Shown here: piece after piece, positions 1 through 9,303 of the stretch
Layout: every line of letters starts with the position of its first letter
Position numbering within the stretch: the stretch's first letter is position 1
IMG/VR virus record: IMGVR_UViG_3300047393_000100
From: a virus
Taxonomy: Duplodnaviria > Heunggongvirae > Uroviricota > Caudoviricetes
Length of the DNA stretch: 64,000 nt
Direction: 5' to 3' (one strand)
Notes under the pieces: generated by a model
What the model was told of the DNA's origin: nothing
Databases searched by the model: none
What the model saw: the letters and a program-made list of their open reading frames with translations, nothing else
Translations under genes and position numbers: made by a program

Positions 1-180
1 ACTGATTTCAATATCCATAATAGTAGATTTATGGAATTACTCACAATGGTAGATGCTGATTTATCTGACGTAACCATATTCGAAGAGATAAGAAAATTAT
101 TAGATAATCCAGTGTACTTGCCTGAAACATACCTTAATATCGAAACATATCGAAAATTACGATATAATAGAACAATATAA
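1..180 (+). CDS. 3' end of a gene truncated by the window edge (hypothetical protein)
   Basis: Frame 1 is open from base 1 (TDFNIHNSRFMELL...RKLRYNRTI) to TAA at 178-180. Confidence 0.6.
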   Translation, partial: TDFNIHNSRFMELLTMVDADLSDVTIFEEIRKLLDNPVYLPETYLNIETYRKLRYNRTI

Positions 181-209
181 ACTAAAATCATTTTTTTAAT
201 ATAATAAAT

Positions 210-1139
210 ATGGCAGATATAATTAAACATCAAACACGAATATATGGAACTTATGCATATATTGACGAAGTAAAATCTGTAAAATCTAAATGGGATTTTA
301 CGGGTTGGATATGTTCAACCGAACATGAAATTGAAGATATTTTAATAGAAGGAGTTTCTTTGAATCCTACGTTTTCTCCAAGAAACGATGTAGTTTCAGT
401 ATACAATCCAATTGGATTTAACCATGGATTAAAGGTTTCCATAAAGAAAACAGATATTAAAAAACCTATTCAAATAAAATTTAAAGGAGCTGACTCTTTA
501 ATAGAAATGGAATCATTTTCGAAATGGATCGCATACTATTCAGGATTCGCTAATGTCGATAAAGGAGTAATCGTAGTCGATAATTTTTATGCTAATCCTG
601 ATTTTATTAGAGAATGGGCAATGAATGAAATTAATTTCTCACCATCGGATTATCACAAAGGAGAAAGAGCTACTGAAAGATTTTCAATATTTGGAATGAA
701 AGAAAAACTTGAAGAAATTATTGGAAAACCAGTATACAACTGGAACTATGACGCATACGCAAATGGAATATTTCAATTCTGTACAGCGGATCAACCCATT
801 GTTTATCATGTCGATAATCAGACATATGCTGGAATCGTATTCCTAACACCTGACGCTCCGCCATCCACTGGAACTGCGTTCTATAGAAGTAAAGTCACAG
901 GTGACTATAAATTTGATGATGAAAAAAGACAAACAATTAACTATGTTAGGGCATTTCAAGGTAAAAGCGCAGAGATGAATTTTTATGATGGCACTAATTT
1001 TGAAAAAATAGATGAAGTTGGAAATGTATATAATAGATTAGTATTATTTGATGCTAAAAATATACATGCTGCAACACAGTATTTTGGAGATGGAATAGAT
1101 AATGCTAGATTTTTCCACATGTTTTTCTTTGATGTATAA
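210..1139 (+). CDS. 2OG-Fe(II) oxygenase (DUF6445-like) with an N-terminal Ig-like 'RxDV' domain
   Basis: VIVVDNFYANPD start, HxD (YHVD), YLTP-like FLTPDAP..GT, NRLVLFD..H distal His, terminal R-x-F-x-x-F-F. Confidence 0.75.
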   Translation: MADIIKHQTRIYGTYAYIDEVKSVKSKWDFTGWICSTEHEIEDILIEGVSLNPTFSPRNDVVSVYNPIGFNHGLKVSIKKTDIKKPIQIKFKGADSLIEMESFSKWIAYYSGFANVDKGVIVVDNFYANPDFIREWAMNEINFSPSDYHKGERATERFSIFGMKEKLEEIIGKPVYNWNYDAYANGIFQFCTADQPIVYHVDNQTYAGIVFLTPDAPPSTGTAFYRSKVTGDYKFDDEKRQTINYVRAFQGKSAEMNFYDGTNFEKIDEVGNVYNRLVLFDAKNIHAATQYFGDGIDNARFFHMFFFDV

Positions 1140-1157
1140 TATATTAATATAATAATA

Positions 1158-3008
1158 ATGAAAATTCACATAATTACAAGAAGTACAAGACTTCAAAACT
1201 TAAGAACCGTTAAAGAGTCGGTTTTTAAAAACATACCAACTGATATGGAAATTGAATGGCATGTTGTATTTGACACTGCAACCCTTAAAGATATTGATGC
1301 AGAATTGTTAAGCGATTTAAAGGACAATTCAACTAATTATTATTTTAAAAAAGGAGATGCTATAGGAATGTTATACCCTCAATGTTCTGATATAATTTCA
1401 ACATTAAAAGATGGTTGGATTTATTTTGCAGATGATGATAACATTATTCATGAAAATTTTTATGATTATGTTTCAACAATATTAGAAAAAAATCCTAATA
1501 AAAAAATACATGTAGTATCACAGGGGGTTGAAGGAAAGGATTTTACCAATTTACAAAAAAGAATTGCAGGGCCATCTAATATGTATGTTGGAGGAATTGA
1601 TTTAGCACAATATATTACTAAGATTGATGTCTACAACAAATATGGATATAAGTTTTTACCAGACTATTGTGCAGATGGGATTTTAATAAACAAAGTTTAC
1701 AAAGAACATTCAGATTGGTTCACATTCACTAAGTTAGAATTATCATACTATAATTATTTGCAAAAAAAATCAACTGCAAATGTTCCTAAAATTTTATACA
1801 TTGGAGAAGATGAACCTGAATTAAAATCTTTAAAAATATTAGAGTATGAAGCCGATAATTTAAATGTTAAATATTTAACATCTGACGAAAATATTACAAC
1901 GATTCTTGCTGAATTTAAGCCAGATTGTATAATTACAAAAGGAGAATCATGGCAGAAATTTCCAACATTAGCTAGCATGCCACTTCAATTTCGTAGAAAA
2001 TGGATAAATGTTACTAATGATAATTCAATAAGTGATATAGGTCAAATAGCATATCAATGTGCAATGACATCAATGTTAGACACAGATTCACTTGAGGATT
2101 CAGAGATGATTTCATATACCACACCAATATATAATACTGGTAAAAAACTATATGAAACGTATGAATCCCTAAGACATCAGACACATGCAAATTGGGAATG
2201 GGTTTTACTTAATGATTCAACAGACGGAGGAAGAACTCTTAAAATAGCAGAAGATATTGCAAAAAGGGATCCAAGGGTTAAGGTTTATGATTTTAGAGAG
2301 AAGAGTGGCGGAAACATTGGTGAAGTAAAGTGGAGAGCAAATTGTATGGCTAAAGGATTTATTTTAGCAGAATTAGACCATGATGATTTATTAGTACCAT
2401 GGTGCACTGAAGATTTATATAAAGCAGCAAAGAAACATCCAGAAGCAGGATTCTTTTTTAATGATACAATGGAGGTTGATGAAAATTGGAATTCTTTACA
2501 ATACCCTGATGGATTTGCATTTGCGTATGGATCTTATAGAGATGAAGAGTATAATGGTAAAATTGTGAAAGTTGCAAACCAACACAATATTAATCCTAAA
2601 ACAATTAGGCATATAGTTGGTGTTCCAAACCATGTAAGAGCATGGAGACGTTCCACTTATTTTGAAATAGGAGGACATAACCGAAATCTTGCAATTGCTG
2701 ACGATTATGAATTAGTGGTAAGAACTTTTCTAAAGACGATAACATGTAAAATTCCAAAATTAGGATATGTCCAGTTCTTGTATAATAACGCAAGTGGGCA
2801 AAACACACATGATATGGCCAGGGCAGATATTCAACGAAGAGTAAGAACTATTGGCTATTATTACAATGAACAAATTAAGAATAGATTTGAGGAACTTGGT
2901 CTTACCGATTGGGCATACGAAGAAAATCCAAATGCTCCTCTTAATTCTGCGCCAAGATATGGTAAAGATGAAATGGCCGCAAACATTATCTATAATGAAA
3001 ATGAATAA
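1158..3008 (+). CDS. Two-domain GT-A (family 2) glycosyltransferase
   Basis: N-domain has YFADDDN. C-domain has TPIYNT, WEWVLLNDSTD, ELDHDD and ADDYEL. Confidence 0.85.
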   Translation: MKIHIITRSTRLQNLRTVKESVFKNIPTDMEIEWHVVFDTATLKDIDAELLSDLKDNSTNYYFKKGDAIGMLYPQCSDIISTLKDGWIYFADDDNIIHENFYDYVSTILEKNPNKKIHVVSQGVEGKDFTNLQKRIAGPSNMYVGGIDLAQYITKIDVYNKYGYKFLPDYCADGILINKVYKEHSDWFTFTKLELSYYNYLQKKSTANVPKILYIGEDEPELKSLKILEYEADNLNVKYLTSDENITTILAEFKPDCIITKGESWQKFPTLASMPLQFRRKWINVTNDNSISDIGQIAYQCAMTSMLDTDSLEDSEMISYTTPIYNTGKKLYETYESLRHQTHANWEWVLLNDSTDGGRTLKIAEDIAKRDPRVKVYDFREKSGGNIGEVKWRANCMAKGFILAELDHDDLLVPWCTEDLYKAAKKHPEAGFFFNDTMEVDENWNSLQYPDGFAFAYGSYRDEEYNGKIVKVANQHNINPKTIRHIVGVPNHVRAWRRSTYFEIGGHNRNLAIADDYELVVRTFLKTITCKIPKLGYVQFLYNNASGQNTHDMARADIQRRVRTIGYYYNEQIKNRFEELGLTDWAYEENPNAPLNSAPRYGKDEMAANIIYNENE

Positions 3009-3222
3009 TACATTTGTTAAAATATGGGTCCATAACATGGAAGTTGATCGTATGGTCGACTTCCTACTTGGACGTATCGAAGACGCTCCTACTTATTTCA
3101 TATGCGAAACATATCTTCCAGAATCGATTACAGGGGGATGGATCGAATTATCTATAACTTTTGAAAGATATTTAAGACTTAGACAAGTACGTATTTATAC
3201 CGATTTGATATCGCTTAAATAA
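3001..3222 (+). CDS. Hypothetical protein (73 aa; start reassigned to ATG 3001)
   Basis: ATG overlaps the stop of the upstream GT gene, as is typical in this window. Confidence 0.6.
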   Translation: MNNTFVKIWVHNMEVDRMVDFLLGRIEDAPTYFICETYLPESITGGWIELSITFERYLRLRQVRIYTDLISLK

Positions 3223-3246
3223 ACTTTTTAAAATATCCATATATAA
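3221..3246 (+). promoter_or_regulatory. Putative phage promoter, class AAAC-N15-TATATAA
   Basis: AAAC 3221-3224 and TATATAA 3240-3246. The same spacing recurs at 7875, 12973, 13737, 53986 and 55245. Confidence 0.6.
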
Positions 3247-3252
3247 TATTAT

Positions 3253-3489
3253 ATGGCAAAGAATAAAAAACCACAAGAAATTTATGTTGTTAAACCAGTA
3301 ATAGGAGAAAGATACTATTTTAGATTTGCAGGTACTCTTATGTATGGGCCTATTTTATCAATGTGTGATAGTTTAACAAAAATGAATGGACATGCATGGT
3401 ATTGGTTCACATGTGACAAAGAAGGTATAAAAACATGTAAATATCCAGTATCTATTTATAATATTTCTAAAAAATTGGAAGATGTATAG
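3253..3489 (+). CDS. Hypothetical protein
   Basis: ORF follows a promoter motif and overlaps the next gene. Confidence 0.7.
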   Translation: MAKNKKPQEIYVVKPVIGERYYFRFAGTLMYGPILSMCDSLTKMNGHAWYWFTCDKEGIKTCKYPVSIYNISKKLEDV

Positions 3490-4204
3490 TATATCAAATT
3501 TAAAATCGATGTTATTTATAGATATCGAAACTACCTCGGAATATAAATACTATAGTGAATTTCAAGAGGCAAGACCTGGGGCAATAATTCATTGGGAAAA
3601 GAAAGCAGATAATTATAGAAGAACTGAAGATGACCTTAAGGATTTAAGTAACGCAGATCTTTATATGAAAAATGCGGCATTACACCCTGAGTTTGCAAAA
3701 ATCATTGTAATATCGATTGGACAAATTCAATTTAATGAAGATGGAATTCCAATTGTTGAAAAAATCAAATCATTTTATGGTGACGATGAAGCAACATTCC
3801 TACAAGAATTCATGGGAACTGCTCAGGCAATATTTAATAAAAATTCAAATATCCAATTTACTGGACATAATATAAAGAACTTTGATTTTCCATTTCTAAT
3901 TAAGCGTTCAATTATTAATGGTGTAAAAATTCCGCAGCAACTGCATTTACAAAATAAAAAACCATGGGAAAATTGTCTTTTAGATACTTATGAGGTTTGG
4001 AAATTCGCAGGATGGAATAGTGCATCCCTTGACCTGATATGTGATTCATTAAGTATTCCTTCTCCTAAATCTATCATGAAAGGTAGTGAAACGACTGAAG
4101 AATATTGGAGTGGAAATCTCGAAAAGATTAAGAATTACTGTGAGGCAGATGTAAAATCAACAATGAACGTTATGTTAAAGCTTTCATATTTACCAATACT
4201 TTAA
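3482..4204 (+). CDS. DnaQ-like 3'-5' exonuclease (PolB-exonuclease-like)
   Basis: ExoI DIET, ExoII GHNIKNFDFPF and ExoIII YCEAD motifs. Confidence 0.9.
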   Translation: MYSISNLKSMLFIDIETTSEYKYYSEFQEARPGAIIHWEKKADNYRRTEDDLKDLSNADLYMKNAALHPEFAKIIVISIGQIQFNEDGIPIVEKIKSFYGDDEATFLQEFMGTAQAIFNKNSNIQFTGHNIKNFDFPFLIKRSIINGVKIPQQLHLQNKKPWENCLLDTYEVWKFAGWNSASLDLICDSLSIPSPKSIMKGSETTEEYWSGNLEKIKNYCEADVKSTMNVMLKLSYLPIL

Positions 4205-4208
4205 TATT

Positions 4209-5036
4209 ATGAGAATATGGGCATATGTTACTGTCTGGAATGAGGAGAAGATACTCCCATACTATCTAAGACACTATTCTCAGTTTTGTGAAAGAATAAT
4301 AGTCTTAGATAATAATTCAACAGACAACACTCGAGATATTTGCAAGCAATGGCCTATGGTAGAAGTTAGAGAATATAATACTAACAATACATTTAATGAT
4401 TATGTGCATTTAGATTTAAAACACAAATGTATTGAAGAGTCTAAGGGAAACGCAGATTATGTTATAATAGGTGACTGTGATGAATTTATATACCATCCTA
4501 ATATTATTCAATTTTTAAAAGAAAATAATCATCCTGTAATATTTCCCGCTGGTTTTCAGATGGTTTCATATTCATTTCCAACAGGGGAAGGACAAATATA
4601 TGATGAAGTAAAACATGGAGTACCAGATCCATGGTATTCTAAACCTATTCTTATTAATCCAAATAAGGTAAAATCATTAAAATGGATAGAAGGTTGTCAT
4701 GAGGTAGAATTAGATTTAAAGATAGATGGAGAAATACTACATCCAGTTCCAATACAAATTAGGCCAATTGGAGAATGGAATGGACATCCATGGGGAAGAT
4801 GGAAAATGCAATTTGAAATATTAGATACGTATAATGATTTTCCTATAAAACTATTGCATTATAAATTTATGGGTTCAGAATATGTTAGATCTAAATATAT
4901 TCAATATTCTTTTAGAAATAGTAAACAAAATAAAGAAGCTGGATTAGCAAATCATTATGATATTGCAATTGAAGGAAATAATATTGAAAAAGAAATAGAT
5001 ACACTAACAAATAAATCTATTATAGTAAATTGTTAA
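4209..5036 (+). CDS. Glycosyltransferase family 2-like (GT-A)
   Basis: VWNEE..LPY.LRHY, DNNSTD and DxD (DCDEF) motifs; C-terminal LLHYK. Confidence 0.85.
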   Translation: MRIWAYVTVWNEEKILPYYLRHYSQFCERIIVLDNNSTDNTRDICKQWPMVEVREYNTNNTFNDYVHLDLKHKCIEESKGNADYVIIGDCDEFIYHPNIIQFLKENNHPVIFPAGFQMVSYSFPTGEGQIYDEVKHGVPDPWYSKPILINPNKVKSLKWIEGCHEVELDLKIDGEILHPVPIQIRPIGEWNGHPWGRWKMQFEILDTYNDFPIKLLHYKFMGSEYVRSKYIQYSFRNSKQNKEAGLANHYDIAIEGNNIEKEIDTLTNKSIIVNC

Positions 5037-5098
5037 TAACTTTTATAAAAATAATTAGCCAAACATTTTTTTGTTTGGCTTTTTTTAGTTATATTTAC
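5031..5098 (+). promoter_or_regulatory. Host-RNAP (Bacteroidota sigma-A type) early promoter with upstream TGTTAATAAC box
   Basis: TATATTTAC at 5090 resembles the -7 consensus TAnnTTTG; TGTTAATAACTTTT lies 59 bp upstream. Confidence 0.6.
5057..5086 (+). terminator. Rho-independent terminator overlapping an early promoter (near-identical copy at 8922-8950)
   Basis: AGCCAAACA / TGTTTGGCT 9-bp stem followed by a T-tract. Confidence 0.75.
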
Positions 5099-5122
5099 AT
5101 TATAATTAAAATAGATAAAAAT

Positions 5123-5407
5123 ATGGAAGACTTTGATTCTAATGAATTATTTGAAGAAAATAATGAAATTGAAACTATGAAAAAAGAAGCACAAATGGAA
5201 GAAGCGATATATGATTTAAAGTTAAAACTCGCAAATGAGAACTATGTAATGATCGTAGACAATGGTATCGATGTTGCATCCATGCGAAAAAACGGTCTAA
5301 ATATAGATGCATTATTAGTAACCCTTAATGTTATGTTAGATTTATTCATTGAATTAGAGGAATATGAAAAATGTGCAAAGATTAGAGATGTTATTGAACA
5401 AATCTAA
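5123..5407 (+). CDS. Small protein with C-terminal UVR (UvrB/UvrC-like) motif
   Basis: LFIELEEYEKCAKIRDVI. Start reassigned to ATG 5123, downstream of the promoter. Confidence 0.7.
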   Translation: MEDFDSNELFEENNEIETMKKEAQMEEAIYDLKLKLANENYVMIVDNGIDVASMRKNGLNIDALLVTLNVMLDLFIELEEYEKCAKIRDVIEQI

Positions 5408-5441
5408 AATATATAATATATTAATAAATTAATCAAATAAT

Positions 5442-5576
5442 ATGAACGAGGAAATATTAAAAAAAATAGCTGAAACTCTTGATAGAATCGCAGTGTGTAT
5501 GGAAAATAAACAGGCAAGAGACGTAGCTGAAAATAAGAAAAAGTTACAGGAGTCTAAAAAACCATCTACGAAATAA
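5442..5576 (+). CDS. Hypothetical 44-aa helical protein (not in the ORF track)
   Basis: MNEEILKKIAETLDRIAVCMENKQARDVAENKKKLQESKKPSTK fills the gap between a late-type motif and dnaJ. Confidence 0.6.
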   Translation: MNEEILKKIAETLDRIAVCMENKQARDVAENKKKLQESKKPSTK

Positions 5577-5578
5577 AT

Positions 5579-6364
5579 ATGAATTACTATGAAACGCTTA
5601 ATGTTTCACGAGATGCAAGTCAAGAAGATATTAAAAAATCATATAGAAAATTAGTAAAGCAATATCATCCTGATAAAACAGGAGGAGATGATAGCCAATT
5701 TAAAAAAATATCGGAGGCTTACGAAATTTTAAGTAATCCTATTAGCAGGAAAAATCACGATGGACCATCACATCATTCAAATTTAAATGATGCATGGCAA
5801 GATATTTTTAATAGATATGATTTTTCTAATGTATTTGACCAATCATTTGGTAATAATGCAAAGGGCAATGACGTTAGAGTTTCAATAAATATAACAATAG
5901 AGGAAAGTTATGAAGGAACAAGAAGATACATCGATGTCGGTACTGGTGGATTTAATATTAATATACCTAAAGGAATTCAGAATGGCACAAAACTTAAAGT
6001 CCGTGAAAAAGGGCAAAGTCACCCAATTAACTCAAGTGCACCGAAGGGAGATATAATATTTACTGTTAATATTATACACGATATAGATCTAATAGTAAAT
6101 GGACATGATATTTATGTTGACCTTTATTTAGAATGGATTGATATGTTATTAGGTGGAGAATTTGAAATTAAAACTAAAGTACATACTGTTAAAATCAAGG
6201 TACCAGAAGGTTCTCATGATTCTAAAATCCTCAGAGTAGTTGGCAAGGGAATGCCAATATATAACCAAGAAGGATTTGGTAATCTAATGGTAAAACTTAG
6301 AAGTTTACCAGTTAATTTAACAGAAAACCAAATAGAATTACTAAAAAAGATAAAAAATTCATAA
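5579..6364 (+). CDS. dnaJ: DnaJ/CbpA-type co-chaperone (J domain plus C-terminal domain, no zinc finger)
   Basis: NYYETLNV..ASQEDIKKSYRKL..YHPD, KISEAYEILS and C-terminal GKGMP...GNLMV. Confidence 0.92.
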   Translation: MNYYETLNVSRDASQEDIKKSYRKLVKQYHPDKTGGDDSQFKKISEAYEILSNPISRKNHDGPSHHSNLNDAWQDIFNRYDFSNVFDQSFGNNAKGNDVRVSINITIEESYEGTRRYIDVGTGGFNINIPKGIQNGTKLKVREKGQSHPINSSAPKGDIIFTVNIIHDIDLIVNGHDIYVDLYLEWIDMLLGGEFEIKTKVHTVKIKVPEGSHDSKILRVVGKGMPIYNQEGFGNLMVKLRSLPVNLTENQIELLKKIKNS

Positions 6365-6615
6365 TGGATGAATTAGAAGATCACGAATATGACGAAACAA
6401 AATTCATTAAAAAATTACAAGAATCATCGAAGGATGAAATGATGGATTTAATATATAATTCTATAGTAAATGAAAGAATGGGAGCGTTAAAGCATAACGC
6501 ACCTGTCGAGGATAAAATAGAAGGAGTTCAAAAGATTTTAGATTTTTTCAAAGAAAGAGAAGAATATGAAAAGTGTATTGAACTTAAAAAAATAATAGAT
6601 AAACTATCATGTTAA
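6364..6615 (+). CDS. Small protein with C-terminal UVR motif
   Basis: LDFFKEREEYEKCIELKKII. Confidence 0.7.
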   Translation: MDELEDHEYDETKFIKKLQESSKDEMMDLIYNSIVNERMGALKHNAPVEDKIEGVQKILDFFKEREEYEKCIELKKIIDKLSC

Positions 6616-6788
6616 TATCGAAAGTAGAAAATGGAAATATAGAAAAAGCACTTAAAAATCTTAAGCGTAAAGTTTTTTCAACTAAACAAACTCAGGAACT
6701 TAGGGAAAGAAAGGAATTTATAAAACCATCTATTAAAAAAAGAGAAATAATGACAAATGCAAAATACAAGCAGCAGAATATAATATAA
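6609..6788 (+). CDS. rpsU: Ribosomal protein bS21 (not in the ORF track, 59 aa)
   Basis: MLISKVENGNIEKALKNLKRKVFSTKQTQELRERKEFIKPSIKKREIMTNAKYKQQNII matches the S21 pattern IExALxxxKRK...LRxRxxFxKPSxxxR with a Bacteroidota-type MLI start. Confidence 0.92.
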   Translation: MLISKVENGNIEKALKNLKRKVFSTKQTQELRERKEFIKPSIKKREIMTNAKYKQQNII

Positions 6789-6886
6789 TAACATTTTTAT
6801 CCCTGGGAATTAATTCATATATCCATCTAAATATATAATAAAGATAAAGTACGTAATACATTATCTACTAAAAACAAGCAAGAAAG

Positions 6887-7144
6887 ATGGAAGAAGTTAC
6901 AAGAGATGAAAGAGACTCTTTAATGAGATCCAGCTACTACATAATAACTAGAAATTTTACAAAAACTGTTAACAGATTTATTGTATATCAAGATAGCAAA
7001 AATACAATAGATATTCCACATGGAATTGGACAGAGAAGTATGTTTATAGATCTTCTTATAGAGTATTTTGTAGGGTTGGAAGAATACGAAAAATGTGATA
7101 CCTTAAAAAAGTTAAAGGAACTTGTCACTATGGCAGGTGATTAA
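6887..7144 (+). CDS. Small protein with C-terminal UVR motif
   Basis: LIEYFVGLEEYEKCDTLKKL. Confidence 0.7.
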   Translation: MEEVTRDERDSLMRSSYYIITRNFTKTVNRFIVYQDSKNTIDIPHGIGQRSMFIDLLIEYFVGLEEYEKCDTLKKLKELVTMAGD

Positions 7145-7158
7145 ATATACTTAAATTT

Positions 7159-7872
7159 ATGCAACAAAAAAAGACGAATTCAGATCAGACACAGAGCATT
7201 AAAAAAATGTCAGTCAAAGAAGAGGATATTAAACACGTTAATTTAAAAAATAATCAACACGAATACGTCAATCAAATATTAAAAAACGATATAACATTTT
7301 GTTCTGGACCCGCTGGAACTTCAAAAACGTTTACAGCATGTTATACATCACTAAGGTTATTAGCTGAAAAAAAGGTTAAAAAGATAATTTTATGTAAACC
7401 TATCCAAGAATCTGGAGAAAAACTTGGATTCCTTCCAGGCGATATTGCAGATAAAATAGATCCATATATGCAATCATATATTTCTAACTTTAAAAAAATA
7501 GTTGGAAATGAATTAACTGAAAGTTTAATCCACCATGGATTAATAGAATTCAAACCTCTTGCGTTTATGAGAGGTGATACATTTGATGACGCATTTATGA
7601 TTCTTGACGAGGCACAGAATGCAACGTTTAAGCAACTTATGTTATTTACTACAAGAATGGGTAAAAGTTCAAAGGTACTTGTTACTGGAGATATTAGTCA
7701 ATATGATATTCCAAAGGCAAACGCAGGTTTAACTGGATTTATTGAATTAATGCAAGGTATTAATGGTGTTGGACATCATAAATTTTCAAATTCAGATATT
7801 GTTAGAGCTAAAATTCTACAAGAAGTAGTAGGACGATATGATAAATGGATGATCGATAATCCTAATAAATAA
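7159..7872 (+). CDS. phoH: PhoH family ATPase
   Basis: GPAGTSKT, LGFLPGD, AFMRG, ILDEAQN, TRMG and GDISQYD motifs. Confidence 0.95.
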   Translation: MQQKKTNSDQTQSIKKMSVKEEDIKHVNLKNNQHEYVNQILKNDITFCSGPAGTSKTFTACYTSLRLLAEKKVKKIILCKPIQESGEKLGFLPGDIADKIDPYMQSYISNFKKIVGNELTESLIHHGLIEFKPLAFMRGDTFDDAFMILDEAQNATFKQLMLFTTRMGKSSKVLVTGDISQYDIPKANAGLTGFIELMQGINGVGHHKFSNSDIVRAKILQEVVGRYDKWMIDNPNK

Positions 7873-7920
7873 TGAAACTTAAGGTCCATCTATTATATAA
7901 TACTTATAAAAATATAATAG

Positions 7921-8553
7921 ATGGAAACAAGACAAATATTACTTAAATCAAGTTATACTGGAAATGAAGATACCATAGAAATTGGTGTCGATGAGGCAGG
8001 AAGAGGAGCACTCGCAGGTCCAGTTACAGTCGCTGCATGCATTATGCCATTTGGATTTCAACATGAATTAGTTAAAGATTCAAAGTTACTTAATGAACAA
8101 CAACGAAAGGATGCTAGAAAAATCGTTTTGGAAAATGTAATTGCATATAGCATTGTTCATATTTATCCAAATCAAATAGAATCAACTAACATATTAAGAG
8201 CAACATTGCAAGGAATGAATGAATGTCTAGTTAATGTTAAAAAAACACAAGATTTCGATTTTATTCTTATAGATGGAGATCAGTTTCATGGATTTGAAGG
8301 AATTCCATTTGAAACAATAATAGGTGGAGATAATAAATACACATCTATTGCCGCAGCTAGCATTTTAGCAAAAACAGAAAGAGATGCAATGATGAAGGAA
8401 TTAGATATTCAAACACCAGGATATGGTTGGAATTCTAATAAAGGATATGGAACTGCACAACATATTAAAGCGATTAAAGAAATTGGACCAAATGAAGTGC
8501 ATCGTCCCAGCTTTATATCACATTTATTAACCGCAACAGGATCTTTGTTTTGA
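7921..8553 (+). CDS. rnhB: Ribonuclease HII
   Basis: GVDEAGRG, DSKLL, LIDG, SIAAASILAK, NKGYGT and HR.SF motifs. Confidence 0.95.
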   Translation: METRQILLKSSYTGNEDTIEIGVDEAGRGALAGPVTVAACIMPFGFQHELVKDSKLLNEQQRKDARKIVLENVIAYSIVHIYPNQIESTNILRATLQGMNECLVNVKKTQDFDFILIDGDQFHGFEGIPFETIIGGDNKYTSIAAASILAKTERDAMMKELDIQTPGYGWNSNKGYGTAQHIKAIKEIGPNEVHRPSFISHLLTATGSLF

Positions 8554-8894
8554 GAAATTTAATATATGGAATAATCCTATTCATAGTAGGTCAATCGATG
8601 ATATGGTTTCAAACAAATGGACAATTCGTTTGGCCATGGTTTAAAAGAAATCCAGTTCTAATTGCATTAATAGGAGGATCTACAATATCTTATATGTTTA
8701 TAATTGCAACCAAGTATGTTGCCGAATATTATGATGGTCAACTATGGCCAGGGAGATTTATTGGATTCGCGATGGGCATGGTATCATTCGGAATACTAAC
8801 ATATTTTATAATGGATGAACCATTAAATCAAAAAACAATAATATCATTATCACTTTCAGTATTATTAATATGCGTCCAGTTGTTTTGGAAATAA
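8550..8894 (+). CDS. Small four-TM membrane protein (DMT/SMR/EamA-like)
   Basis: Four hydrophobic segments and a 'DEPLN.K.I' loop before the last helix; TTG start. Confidence 0.6.
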   Translation: MRNLIYGIILFIVGQSMIWFQTNGQFVWPWFKRNPVLIALIGGSTISYMFIIATKYVAEYYDGQLWPGRFIGFAMGMVSFGILTYFIMDEPLNQKTIISLSLSVLLICVQLFWK

Positions 8895-8921
8895 ATTATT
8901 AAAACTTTTTTAAAAATAAGT

Positions 8922-8961
8922 AGCCAAACATTTTTTGTTTGGCTTTTTTTGTTTATATTTG
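8922..8961 (+). terminator. Terminator plus overlapping early promoter (-7 element TATATTTG)
   Basis: Same AGCCAAACA/TGTTTGGCT stem as 5057, T-tract, then a perfect TAnnTTTG at 8954-8961. Confidence 0.75.
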
Positions 8962-8997
8962 TATAGTAATTAAATAACAATATTAAAATATAGAAAT

Positions 8998-9198
8998 ATG
9001 AGCGAATTAAAATTAGATTATAGTAAAATTAGTGACATCGAGGTAGATGGAATTGATATGGGAGATTATCCTGATTTTTGTGATGCATTTATTACATCTG
9101 CAACATATGGCGATCGTGAAATGAATGATGAAGAGTTAGAAGTATTAAACAATGATGGAGAATCTGTATACAATGCAGTTCAGAAATTCCTTTATTAA
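8998..9198 (+). CDS. Small very acidic early protein
   Basis: DIEVDGIDMGDYPDFCDAFI..., directly behind an early promoter. Confidence 0.75.
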   Translation: MSELKLDYSKISDIEVDGIDMGDYPDFCDAFITSATYGDREMNDEELEVLNNDGESVYNAVQKFLY

Positions 9199-9200
9199 AT

Positions 9201-9268
9201 TGTTAATAACTTTTTTGAAAATAGTTGCATAAAAGTTTTCATATATCATGGAAAATGATTAGATTTAC
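9201..9268 (+). promoter_or_regulatory. Early promoter with TGTTAATAAC box
   Basis: TGTTAATAACTTTT at 9201 and TAGATTTAC at 9260 (59-bp spacing, as at 5031/5090). Confidence 0.6.
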
Positions 9269-9303
9269 TTATAATTAAAAACAAACAATTTAAAACAAAC
9301 ACC

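Noticed and set aside
143-168. AAAC-N15-TATATAA promoter before the oxygenase
   Set aside because: The spacing is off by one and the -10 element is mismatched (GATATAA), too weak to call.
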